From the NCBI GenBank assembly GCA_965238125.1, contig OZ250179.1, positions 2,918,723-2,982,722 of the forward strand: a stretch of 64,000 nt of DNA, in the 5' to 3' direction. Each line of letters begins with the position of its first letter. Position 1 is the first letter of the stretch. Below, one piece after another: positions 39,065 through 48,201 of this stretch. A program made the position numbers and the translations under genes. Source of the DNA: Bryobacterales bacterium. GTDB taxonomy: Bacteria > Acidobacteriota > Terriglobia > Bryobacterales > UBA6623. The notes beneath the pieces were generated by a model. It saw only the letters and a list, made by a program, of their open reading frames with translations, searched no databases and had not been told where the DNA came from.

Positions 39065-40906
39065 TCAGTTCCTTTTCACCAGCACAACCCAATCTTTTCG
39101 AGGGTCGGCGGGAGCCCGGCCGAGCGACCGCTCTCCCGGCCCCTTGATCGATTTCACGCGGCCCTGTTGCAGCTCGCCGCCCGCTCGGGGGTTGTACCAC
39201 TGGACGGAATACTCGCCTTCGGGCACTTCCAAGCGCGCCGTGCCGCCGGCGGGCAACTGCACCGCATAGACTTCGCCGGCCTTGGCCAAAACCCGCGCGC
39301 CCTTGGACCGAGAGGCCAAATCATTATCCGGCGCCATCTCCCAAAACGGGAGGTTATCGTGGAAGAACTCGAGGGCATGACGCGTCTGGTCCCACATGAT
39401 GTCGCGGGAACGCCAGTCTTCGCAATTGACGTCCATATGAGGATGCTGGTAGCCGAAGTACCACTCGACGCCCGAGCCGCCGCCGATTAAGTTCCCCCAC
39501 AACGCTTCGATGCGCGGGATGTCGTGAGTAGGGTCTTCCTCATCGGTTACGACACCGTCGGACGCTTTAGGTTGTTCGTCGCCGAAGATCGCCCATTTGC
39601 GCCCCGCGTCGGTGGTCCGTTGTCGCAAGACCACTGCGTCGTTGTTGTAGTTTTCCATCTTGCCTTGAATCGAAGAGACTTCGAAGTTCGCGTCGCCGAG
39701 CAGGCCGTCGTAATAGTCCGGAGCCTTGTTGTTATGCGTATGCACGGTGATCGGGTGATCGTAGGGGTCTACGGCGCGGATGTAGTCGGCAATCGCCTTG
39801 CGATCGGCGTCGTCGACATTGTTTTCCTCGCCCTGATTCCAGACGACCGCCAAGTGATGGCCGAAGCGCGCGACGAGCTCACGATAGTAGAGCCGGCGCT
39901 CGGGGTTGAGGCCGGGACTGCCGCCGAGCTTCCCGTCGTTCTCGGTTTCCTGCGTGATGACGTGGAGCTGAATGCCGAGGCGGTCCATGTGCGTAAAAAC
40001 GATGTCCCATTGGTCGACCTTGCTCGCGTCAAAACGGTCGCGGACCTCGTGTGACGTCCACATCCACGTGTCCATGCCGTCGCCGCCGTCAAGGTTGTAG
40101 GTGAGGAAGTAGACGCTGTTCATGCCCTTGCCCGCAAGGTAATTCAAAGCTCCAATGATGCCCTTGCCTTTTCCGCCTTGCCAAGTGGGATCACCGGTCT
40201 TCCAATCATCGAGGTGGGGTTCGTATTGATGGACAAAGTCCACGCCCTCTTGCACGCCCGAGAGCACGCCGGTGTCGAACGTGTCGTCAAAGTCGGCGTA
40301 GGCCAGGAAGTTTTCGGGGCTGTCGGCCCCGCCCTTGAGGAAGTATTCCTTGTTGCCGGCGAATTGCAAATGATGTTCGCCGATGTAGCGGAGCGTGCCC
40401 TTGGCGCGGAAGTCGCTTCCCGATTTGTCGGAAGGACCGACCTCGATGGTGCCGGTTTGCCCGTCGAAATCCGTCGGAGCCCCCGCGTCGGCGTCGAGGC
40501 TCATGGCGACATCGTCGCCGGTCCGGAACGAGGCTGTGTAGGTCCACTTACCGGCCTGGTCGGGAGCGAAGCGCACGCGCCACGTGCCGCCTTCTTTGGC
40601 CGACGTCTCGGCGGCGTTGCCATCCGCGGCGTAATAGCCGGGGACGGTGTAGGAGGTGCCGCTTTCATGCGCGAAGGTGACGTTCAAACGATAATTGCGA
40701 AACGGGTTGGGTTCGGCGTCTTCCGAAGTCGCCGGGCCCGTGAAAGTGATCGTCACCCCGTGCCACTGCTTAAGTTCACCGCTGACCGTCGGCGGCGGCG
40801 AGCTACAGCCGGCGGAAATGACGAGGGCCGCGATGACGGCGCTCAACAAGGAAACTCGATGAGATTGAGGAATCCGGGGGATTCCCCGGAGAATGTGATT
40901 TTTCAT
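39065..40906 (-). CDS. DUF5060/DUF4038-type putative glycoside hydrolase lipoprotein with C-terminal collagen-binding-like domain
   Basis: ISAGC lipobox, VPGYYAADG, WRVRFAP, LVARFGH, WNQGEE, HPITVH, VQWYNPRAG. Start refined to ATG at 40906. Confidence 0.75.
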   Translation of the reverse strand: MKNHILRGIPRIPQSHRVSLLSAVIAALVISAGCSSPPPTVSGELKQWHGVTITFTGPATSEDAEPNPFRNYRLNVTFAHESGTSYTVPGYYAADGNAAETSAKEGGTWRVRFAPDQAGKWTYTASFRTGDDVAMSLDADAGAPTDFDGQTGTIEVGPSDKSGSDFRAKGTLRYIGEHHLQFAGNKEYFLKGGADSPENFLAYADFDDTFDTGVLSGVQEGVDFVHQYEPHLDDWKTGDPTWQGGKGKGIIGALNYLAGKGMNSVYFLTYNLDGGDGMDTWMWTSHEVRDRFDASKVDQWDIVFTHMDRLGIQLHVITQETENDGKLGGSPGLNPERRLYYRELVARFGHHLAVVWNQGEENNVDDADRKAIADYIRAVDPYDHPITVHTHNNKAPDYYDGLLGDANFEVSSIQGKMENYNNDAVVLRQRTTDAGRKWAIFGDEQPKASDGVVTDEEDPTHDIPRIEALWGNLIGGGSGVEWYFGYQHPHMDVNCEDWRSRDIMWDQTRHALEFFHDNLPFWEMAPDNDLASRSKGARVLAKAGEVYAVQLPAGGTARLEVPEGEYSVQWYNPRAGGELQQGRVKSIKGPGERSLGRAPADPRKDWVVLVKRN

Positions 40907-41106
40907 GACGACAAGCTCAGGCCGTTCGTGAACGACGGCGGTTCTCGGGTCGGGAAAAGACTCGATATTGAAAAAGAACAGCGCATTCCGGTCTTCCAAA
41001 AAAAGAGCCCGGCGGGACGGTGCGACCGCGGGCACAGAGAAAGCATACACAAAAAAAGGAGAGCGTTAGTAGCAACGAGCGGTAGGCGAGCCCTCGTGTT
41101 TCGAGC

Positions 41107-41730
41107 CTACTCGAGGAACCGGTCTCGAATGTCCGGCGTCGGCACGAAACAGGATTCGGATCGGCCGAACCAGCGGTATCGACGCCTGGCGAAGGCGTCG
41201 TAGCAATGATCCCGGAACGCTTTCGGCACGGCAAGAAAAACGGAGAGCAGCGGCCAGAGCCCGGAAAGGTCGCGGGCGATTCGCAAAGCGGCGGAACTCT
41301 TGGTGTGGCAGCGACCACCCTCGATCAGGACCATCGTGTCGAGACGGTCGGCCGGCAGACCGAGTCGTTGGCGCAGATCGTCTCCTATCGCGGACTGCAG
41401 CGGAGCGAAACGGAGTCGCTTTTTCTTGTCCCGGGTCAAAAGGAACCGGACAGCGCCGCCGCAAAAATTGCAGACTCCGTCGAAGAGAATAATCGGCCCA
41501 TCGGGGGTCGCGGTCCGGGGGAGATCAATCTGTGTTCGGACACCCAAGATCCTGTCCCCGCTGACCCGTTCCGCCGTAAGGAAACGGGGATCTGCGCCAA
41601 CCGTTTCGTAAGCAATCGCGGTCACTCTTGAGCCGAGCAGTCGCCTCGTCAACTCGGCCGGCCGCACGACTCTTCTTATCCCGAGCATAACTGGTTCCCG
41701 GCATTCAAATTGCTGAAGAGTGCGCGACAT
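41107..41730 (-). CDS. DCC-family thiol-disulfide oxidoreductase (DUF393)
   Basis: ILFDGVCNFC (DxxCxxC), LRFAPLQS, RDHCYDAFARRRYRWFG. The real start is probably well downstream, since the ORF-track start lies in a MITE end. Confidence 0.85.
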   Translation of the reverse strand: MSRTLQQFECREPVMLGIRRVVRPAELTRRLLGSRVTAIAYETVGADPRFLTAERVSGDRILGVRTQIDLPRTATPDGPIILFDGVCNFCGGAVRFLLTRDKKKRLRFAPLQSAIGDDLRQRLGLPADRLDTMVLIEGGRCHTKSSAALRIARDLSGLWPLLSVFLAVPKAFRDHCYDAFARRRYRWFGRSESCFVPTPDIRDRFLE

Positions 41731-41993
41731 AAATATGGGAGAATTGGTGGCCAGGGCCCGAGCCCTTTCCTGCCTGCAATTTTCTCTTGGCTCGGCCAGG
41801 GCTAAAGCCTTCCAGGAAAAGGCCGTTGAAACGGCCTCCTAGCGGACGACCAGCCCTCTAAACCGGCCCTCGAAGGGCCGGCCTATTTGCAATCCAAGCC
41901 CGGTGAACCGGGCTAAGCGTTGACTTGCGACTACACCTCTGTTTCGATCGGTCGCGTTGTGAAAGGGACGTCCCATATTTATGTCGCACACCC
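41718..41993. mobile_element. 276-bp MITE with IS256-like ends
   Basis: TIR G(A/G)GTG(C/T)GCGACATAAATATGGGA; flanks ATTGCTGAA / AATGCCGAA (7/9 match, eroded TSD). Confidence 0.75.
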
Positions 41994-42216
41994 AATGCCG
42001 AAGTAACGAGGGAGCGGGGTGACTGCGTCCACCCTTCCGCCCCTTATCCACCCCTTGCCAGATACCTAATCATGGATGTCCCCGCCTCCCCGACTTTCCT
42101 CGCGGCACATGATGCAGCGCATTGATTCCAATAGCTTTAGGTTGCCCTTGGGTTCGTTTCGTCATTTTCCCCTTGGGTGTTGAACGGCCCCGACCGGGTG
42201 TGTTGGTTGGGTGGCG

Positions 42217-42765
42217 TCTCCGGCCGGAGCTCGGAGCGGGAATAGGCCGAGGTGTGGCGGGCCCAGGTTGCTCGGAGCCGGCCTGCTCGGAGCCGGGATG
42301 TTTTGGGGCTAAGTTGTTGATATGGCTTGTGAGGCCTTTCTTGGTTCGCTGGAAATTGGGTTTGTTTGGTCAAATTTGTTGGGTCGGGGAGCTCTTCGGT
42401 TTCGACAGCTTCGATCGAGGCTCGGGACCGGGGCGGAAGCCGGGAGTTCTTGGTGCGGCGGCGGGAGCATGGCGGCCGGATTGCGACCGGCGGGCTCGGG
42501 TGCCGGTTTGGCGAAGATCCCTTCCGTGAGCCCGGCTGCACGGTTTGTCGGGCGTCTCCTAAAGTGTTGATATTGGGTGACATGGCAGTCGGATTGTCTT
42601 CGAGAATTGGCTTCGTTTCGTAGACTTGTCGGGTCGCTCGTTGGTTCTTTTTCTTGTTCTTGGCTCGCCGCTGCCGGGCTAGAGTTCGCGGCTGCCATGC
42701 TCAGGATAACGGGCTTGTCAAACCGGCTTGGCCTCAGTTCGGGAGCTGACCCCGATCTCCCCCCC
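42217..42765 (-). repeat. ~550-bp dispersed repeat, copy B
   Basis: Reverse complement aligns throughout with 19529-20082. Confidence 0.85.
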
Positions 42766-42891
42766 GTCCCCGATCTCCCCCACCCTAGGCTATATTCCTG
42801 CCGCCCTTACCTTCTTGCCATATGGCACACCGCCGGTTTTGGAATGTGGCGTTCGACGCAGGAGGTAAGCCAAGGAGCGTCGAAGCGCGGA

Positions 42892-42915
42892 CCCCGGGCT
42901 GAAGCCCGGGGCTAC
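42892..42915 (-). repeat. REP-like palindrome GTAG-CCCCGGG-CTTCAG-CCCGGGG
   Basis: GTAG followed by a perfect 7-bp stem. Confidence 0.6.
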
Positions 42916-43290
42916 TATCCGCGCCCCCTGCCGGGGGCGGGGACCGAGGCGATGAGACATCCCGGCCGGAAAGCGATAAACCTCGGGGTCTGGAGCCCCA
43001 GGGCTTCCCGATGCCCTGAATATCCGACCGGTGTGCCATATGGCAACATTTTCAGGGCTCGATTTCGTTTGATTCCGTACCTGGGGTTCCGCCTTCGGCT
43101 CCACCCCAGGCTATATTCCTGCCGCCGCTTCGCGGCTGTGGAGATTTGCGGTTTCACCGCTTGCAAACTAATACTTCATACGCTTGAAAGAGGATTTTCG
43201 GAGGAGTTCACTTCGAGCCCGGAACGGTTGCTGACGCGGTGGAACTTGTTCAGCCTGCGCTTGGGATAGTCCCCATTTTTTCACAGCCCC

Positions 43291-44592
43291 TCACGCAGCA
43301 GTGACTTGCTCGATCAACTCGAAAAACTCCGGGAACGAGACCGAAGCGGCTTCGGCGTTGGTCATGGTGGAAGGGCCGTCGGCGCGCAGAGCGGCGATGG
43401 TGAAGGCCATGGCGATGCGGTGATCGCCGAAGGAATCGAGTTCGGCGGCGCGAAAGCGGTTCCGGCCCGGGATCTTCATGCCGTCATCGAAGACTTCGGG
43501 CGTCACCCCCATTCGCGTGAGATTTTCGGCAACCGTCGCAATGCGGTCGGTTTCCTTGACGCGTAACTCCGCCGCGTCGCGAATGACGAGGCCCTCGTCG
43601 CTCGCCGCGCCCAAGACGGCCAAGATCGGAACCTCATCAATGACGGCGGCCGTCATCGCCCCTTCGATCACTCCGCCGCGCAGCGCCCCCGTGTTCCCAT
43701 CCCCGGGACCGCGTACTTCGATGTCTCCGACGGCTTCGCCGGCCTGCGACCGGCCAGCTCGCACTGCGATATCCGCTCCCATTTCTCTCAGAACATCGAG
43801 CAGCGCCGCCCGCGTGGGGTTGAGTCCGACGTTTTCAAGAATCAAACGGGAGCCGGGAAGCAACAGAGCAGCCGCGATGAAGAACGCGGCCGAGGATAGG
43901 TCGGCGGGCACGCGCAACGTACGGCCTACGAGCCTGGGGCGTCCCGCGACGGTGATCGTTCCCGAATCGGCCCTGACTTCGGCGCCAAATTCACGAAGGG
44001 CGATCTCGGAGTGGTCGCGGGTCGGCAGCGGTTCCCGCACCGTGGTTGTTCCGTCGGCGTAAAGCCCGGCGAAGAGCACCGCCGTCTTGACCTGAGCACT
44101 GGCGACGGGCAGTTCGTAGTCGATTGGTTTTAGCGCGCCGCCGCGAATTCGTAAAGGCGGGAAGCCGTCGCCGCGGGCTTCGATTTGCGCGCCCATCCGC
44201 TCGAGCGGAGTGATGATCCGGCGCATCGGACGCCTTGCCAGCGATTCATCTCCGGCGATGATGGTTTCGAATGGTTGCCCTGAAAGCAGTCCCGAGAGCA
44301 TGCGGATCGTCGACCCGGAATTCCCCGCGTCGAGCGGTCGCCCGGGCGCGTGCAAGCCGTCGAGCCCGACGCCCGCGATCGTGACGGTTGCGTCGCGATG
44401 CTCGATCGAAACGCCCATGGCGCGCAGGCAGGCCGGCGTGGAGGCGCAGTCGGCCCCGGTCGAGTAATTGTCGAGGCGGGTCGACCCTTCCGCGATCGCT
44501 CCCAGCATCGCGTAGCGGTGCGAAATTGACTTGTCGCCGGGTAAGCGAAGCGAGCCTGATAGCGAGCGAATGGGTGAAATCATACGACCCAT
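43291..44592 (-). CDS. aroA: 3-phosphoshikimate 1-carboxyvinyltransferase (EPSP synthase)
   Basis: PGDKSISHR, DAGNSGST, LARRPM, ASAQVK, RDHSE, LRVKETDRI, DHRIAM. Confidence 0.97.
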   Translation of the reverse strand: MGRMISPIRSLSGSLRLPGDKSISHRYAMLGAIAEGSTRLDNYSTGADCASTPACLRAMGVSIEHRDATVTIAGVGLDGLHAPGRPLDAGNSGSTIRMLSGLLSGQPFETIIAGDESLARRPMRRIITPLERMGAQIEARGDGFPPLRIRGGALKPIDYELPVASAQVKTAVLFAGLYADGTTTVREPLPTRDHSEIALREFGAEVRADSGTITVAGRPRLVGRTLRVPADLSSAAFFIAAALLLPGSRLILENVGLNPTRAALLDVLREMGADIAVRAGRSQAGEAVGDIEVRGPGDGNTGALRGGVIEGAMTAAVIDEVPILAVLGAASDEGLVIRDAAELRVKETDRIATVAENLTRMGVTPEVFDDGMKIPGRNRFRAAELDSFGDHRIAMAFTIAALRADGPSTMTNAEAASVSFPEFFELIEQVTAA

Positions 44593-44796
44593 AGCGTTTC
44601 ATTATGGCAGTGGAAAGGCGTGTTCCCGGTCACAGGTCGCGGTGCGGCGGTGGTGACAAGGACGCCACGACACGGCTACCGGGTGGGCGAGTGGTAAGAG
44701 CGGCATGAGGCATCCGCCGAGGTTGTGCCGACAGCGCCAGAGACATCAGCGACGTGAAGGCGATCGGACGAATGTAGGAGGTGGAGCCGAGGGGGC

Positions 44797-45066
44797 TCAC
44801 GTCTTGAGGGTGAACTCTTCGTAGAGTTCCGGACGAAGATTAGCGACCGCGACCTTGACCTCGGAGACCTCGGTTCGTAGTTCGCGGACTTCGTTGCGCA
44901 GTCCCTGGATTTCGCCGCCGAGGTCACTCCGCAGTCCTTGGATTTCGCCGCGCAACTCTTTCGCCAGGCTGTTGAAGTCATTTCGAAGCCCATGGATGGC
45001 GATCAGGTTCCAAAGAATCGCGAATGTCGGCACCGCGATTGCTATGAATAGTTGGCTGTTGGTCAC
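44797..45066 (-). CDS. Small membrane-anchored coiled-coil protein (DUF1640/CCDC90-like)
   Basis: MTNSQLFIAIAVPTFAILWNLIAI TM segment followed by heptads with GEIQGLR x2. Confidence 0.7.
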   Translation of the reverse strand: MTNSQLFIAIAVPTFAILWNLIAIHGLRNDFNSLAKELRGEIQGLRSDLGGEIQGLRNEVRELRTEVSEVKVAVANLRPELYEEFTLKT

Positions 45067-45184
45067 CTGATTTCTCGCACCGCGCCCAGCGGCTGTCACG
45101 AATACATCTACAACATGATGTCGTCGACACCCGCGGTAACTTAGGCAACTGACTACACTGGGACCCCGCTCCTCCCGTCATGCC

Positions 45185-45580
45185 TCACAACTCGAGATCG
45201 CGACGAGCCAGCGCCTTCACAAAATCAACATCGCCGGCAAGAAAGTCGAACCAAGGAAGGCGCTCCACCGGCTCCCAGCGGATTTCCGCGAATTGCCCGG
45301 CGTCGATGTCCGCCTCCACACCCTCGACGCGGAAAAACAGCAATTCGATCTCTTTACGGCCGGGATACTGATAGCGATACCGCGTGATTTCGCGGCCGGG
45401 CTCGACCTGGATGCCGAGTTCCTCGTGCAACTCGCGGGAGAGCGCCCGCCGGGGTGTTTCGCCGTCTTCGACCTTGCCTCCGGGGAACTCCCATTTTCCC
45501 GGGTGATCCTGATCATCACGCCGGCGGCAAATCAAAATGCGTCCGCGGCGTTCGATCAAAGCGGCTACAACTCTCGTCAC
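45185..45580 (-). CDS. NUDIX hydrolase (MutT-like)
   Basis: WEFPGGKVEDGETPRRALSRELHEELG Nudix box. Confidence 0.92.
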   Translation of the reverse strand: MTRVVAALIERRGRILICRRRDDQDHPGKWEFPGGKVEDGETPRRALSRELHEELGIQVEPGREITRYRYQYPGRKEIELLFFRVEGVEADIDAGQFAEIRWEPVERLPWFDFLAGDVDFVKALARRDLEL

Positions 45581-46002
45581 GTTTCACAGTGATCGGCGCG
45601 CCGCCGCATCCGCCGCCTTTCGATGCGCGCGCCCTTCCAGGTAACAACAGGCTCCCGCGAGAGCCGCGGGTGAAGGCCATCGAACGCCCGCTTCACCCGA
45701 AGGTCAAACAGCCGCCGTATTCCTCCGGACGAGAGTATCGTTGGCCGCGAAGAGCGCCTCGGCCGCGGCTCCTCACCGGGCGTCAACGGCTGTATCTCCG
45801 GGCTACGAAAGGAAAAGTAGAGTTCCCCCGACATTGTCTGGGCAAAGCACCAGTCCCTCGCCGGTTACCCACGGCCCTCGCCGGAGCCTGTTTCCGTGAA
45901 AAATTGGGGGACTGTACCGAGCGCCGACCGAACAAATCCCGCGCGGTAGATCGTCCGGCCCGGCGCGAAGAGGACTGTCCCCAACTTTCCTTCCTCGAAT
46001 CC

Positions 46003-48027
46003 TCACATCACCTCGGGAGCCGGAATTCCCATTGTAGCCAACACCTGTACCAGCTGATCGAGGAAAAACTGCGTCATCCAGAGCAAGAAGACCTTCCTTT
46101 CGCGGTCGGTCTCGTTGAGGATGTGGTGGCGGTGATAGAAATTATTGAACGTCTGCGCCAGTTGGAAACCGTACCGCGCCAATTGCGCCGGCTCGCCCGC
46201 GGCGATCGCCTTTTCGATGCCCCACTTGCGCTGCGAAGCGCCCAGCAACAACTGCCAGAAGTTCTCGACCTCGAGCTGGCGGGCGAAGGCCTCGCCGTCG
46301 AGTTCCTTCTCGAAATCGGGCAGCGCCTCGCCGCGCGCCTCGAGTTTACGCAGAATATTCCTTGCCCTGACCGCGGCGTACTGAATGTAGGGACCGGTTT
46401 CGCCCTCAAAACTGAGCGCTTCTTGAAAGTCGAAGGCGATGAGCGATGTTCGCGTGAACTTCAACATGAAGTAGCGTAGCGCCCCGACGGCAATCTGGGT
46501 CGCGATTTCGCGCTGCGTCTTCTCGTCGGATTGCTCATGGCGGTCGCGAACCTCCCCGAGCGCGTTTTCGATCAGCAGATCGATCAAATCATCCGCCTTG
46601 ACGCCCAGCCCTTTGCGGCCCGACACCTCAACGTGCGGTCGCCGTCGATCTTCTTCGGAAAGCTCGATGCCCAACTCGGCGCAGCAGCGCGGTGAAAGCG
46701 CGACCATTTCGTAGGAGAAATGGATGGAATTCTCCGCTTCTCGCTCGAAGCCGAGCGCTCGCAGCCCCGCCCGTACGACGTCCTGCAAATAAGACTGCCG
46801 CACGTCGATGACGTTGTAGACTTTTTCCCCCGCTCCGAATTTCGGCGCCGCTTCTCCGCTCGCCTCGGTGCTCGAAGCCCACAGAGTTTGGCCCTGGGAG
46901 TTGGCGGAGAAGGGTTGGTAGTGGAAATCCTTGCCGAGCAGCCCGAACTTCCAGAGTTGATACGCGATGTCTTTGCCGACGTAGGTTACCGTGCCGTCGG
47001 AGCGGACGATGACTTTCGAATCTTCCCGCGCATCCTCTCCGTCTTCTGACGCCTTTCCGCCTTCTTGTTTTCCTTTCGCGCTCTGTAATTCGGCCGGCGC
47101 GCGGAACAGTTCGCCGGGCATCACCCAGCAGCCGTTGTTCTTGCCTTGGGTCTCGAAGTAGATGGCTTCCTTTTCCTTAAGCAGCTCGAAAGCCGAGGCC
47201 CAAAACTTCAAATGCAGGATTTCGCTTTCGCGGGGCAATACGTCATAGTCCACGCCGATACGCCCCATCGTGGCCAGGTGAGTGTTGACGATCGCATCGG
47301 CGACGATGCGGCCGATCTCGGCTTGCACTCCTTCGCCCGCCTCAATCGCGTGCAGTGTTTCGGCGCGCCACGGTTGCATCGATTCGTCCTGCTCGTAGAG
47401 CTGCGAAATCCGCGCGTAGAGGTCCCAGCAGTAGTAATCAAACCGCACGTCAGGATCATCAATCAGCGCCTGAACATCGGCCGGTGTCTTTTTCTCCAGG
47501 TAGTGGAAGGCCGCGACGACATCGGCCACTTGGACGCCCGTGTTGTCGATGTAGTTCTGGACTTCGACCTCGCGGCCCACCGCGCGTAACATGCGCACCA
47601 ACGTATCGCCCAAGATGGCGTTGCGCAGATGCCCGATGTGCGCGGCCTTGTTGGGGTTGATGTTCGTGTGTTCGACGATGATCTTGCCCCCGGGGGCCGC
47701 CGCGGCCTGCTCCGGCGGGCTGTTGACGGCCGCGGCGTAGGCAGCGCGGTCGAAACGCACATTCACGTAACCCGCCCCGGCCGCTTCGACGGACTCAACC
47801 CCGGGGATCGGATCGATCGACGACGAGATCTCCTCGATGATCCCGCGCGGCGGCCTCTTCAACAGCTTCGCCAGCGCAAAACCGACCGGAATCGCCAACT
47901 CCCCGAACTCCGGCTTCGGCGGCTGCTCGACGACAACGTCGATGTTGACGCCGTAGTGGTTGGCGATATGGGACGCGACCGCGTCGCGAACACGCTCTTC
48001 CAATAGCAAAAACAAGAGGAACCTCAA
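46003..48027 (-). CDS. argS: Arginine--tRNA ligase
   Basis: PNKAAHIGHLRN (HIGH), NYIDNTG, RSDGTVTY, SGRKG, FEGETGPYIQYA. Start may be ~48006. Confidence 0.96.
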   Translation of the reverse strand: MRFLLFLLLEERVRDAVASHIANHYGVNIDVVVEQPPKPEFGELAIPVGFALAKLLKRPPRGIIEEISSSIDPIPGVESVEAAGAGYVNVRFDRAAYAAAVNSPPEQAAAAPGGKIIVEHTNINPNKAAHIGHLRNAILGDTLVRMLRAVGREVEVQNYIDNTGVQVADVVAAFHYLEKKTPADVQALIDDPDVRFDYYCWDLYARISQLYEQDESMQPWRAETLHAIEAGEGVQAEIGRIVADAIVNTHLATMGRIGVDYDVLPRESEILHLKFWASAFELLKEKEAIYFETQGKNNGCWVMPGELFRAPAELQSAKGKQEGGKASEDGEDAREDSKVIVRSDGTVTYVGKDIAYQLWKFGLLGKDFHYQPFSANSQGQTLWASSTEASGEAAPKFGAGEKVYNVIDVRQSYLQDVVRAGLRALGFEREAENSIHFSYEMVALSPRCCAELGIELSEEDRRRPHVEVSGRKGLGVKADDLIDLLIENALGEVRDRHEQSDEKTQREIATQIAVGALRYFMLKFTRTSLIAFDFQEALSFEGETGPYIQYAAVRARNILRKLEARGEALPDFEKELDGEAFARQLEVENFWQLLLGASQRKWGIEKAIAAGEPAQLARYGFQLAQTFNNFYHRHHILNETDRERKVFLLWMTQFFLDQLVQVLATMGIPAPEVM

Positions 48028-48201
48028 AAAGCGGCGAGGCGGGAATCAGGCGCCGGAAAGGACCGGATCGTAGCCCTACTTGGGGAGTGTATCATAGCGT
48101 TTCAAACGCAGTGTCCGGCGGGCGGTCGCGTCATAAGATCCGGGTAGACTCATAGACTCAGATGAAACCTCCGGGGCTTCCCGAGAGAGTCGGACGTATC
48201 G

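Noticed and set aside
45577-46002. 85-aa ORF / hairpins between the Nudix gene and argS
   Set aside because: No recognisable domain or RNA motif; contains only short GGGGACTGT-type palindromic repeats.
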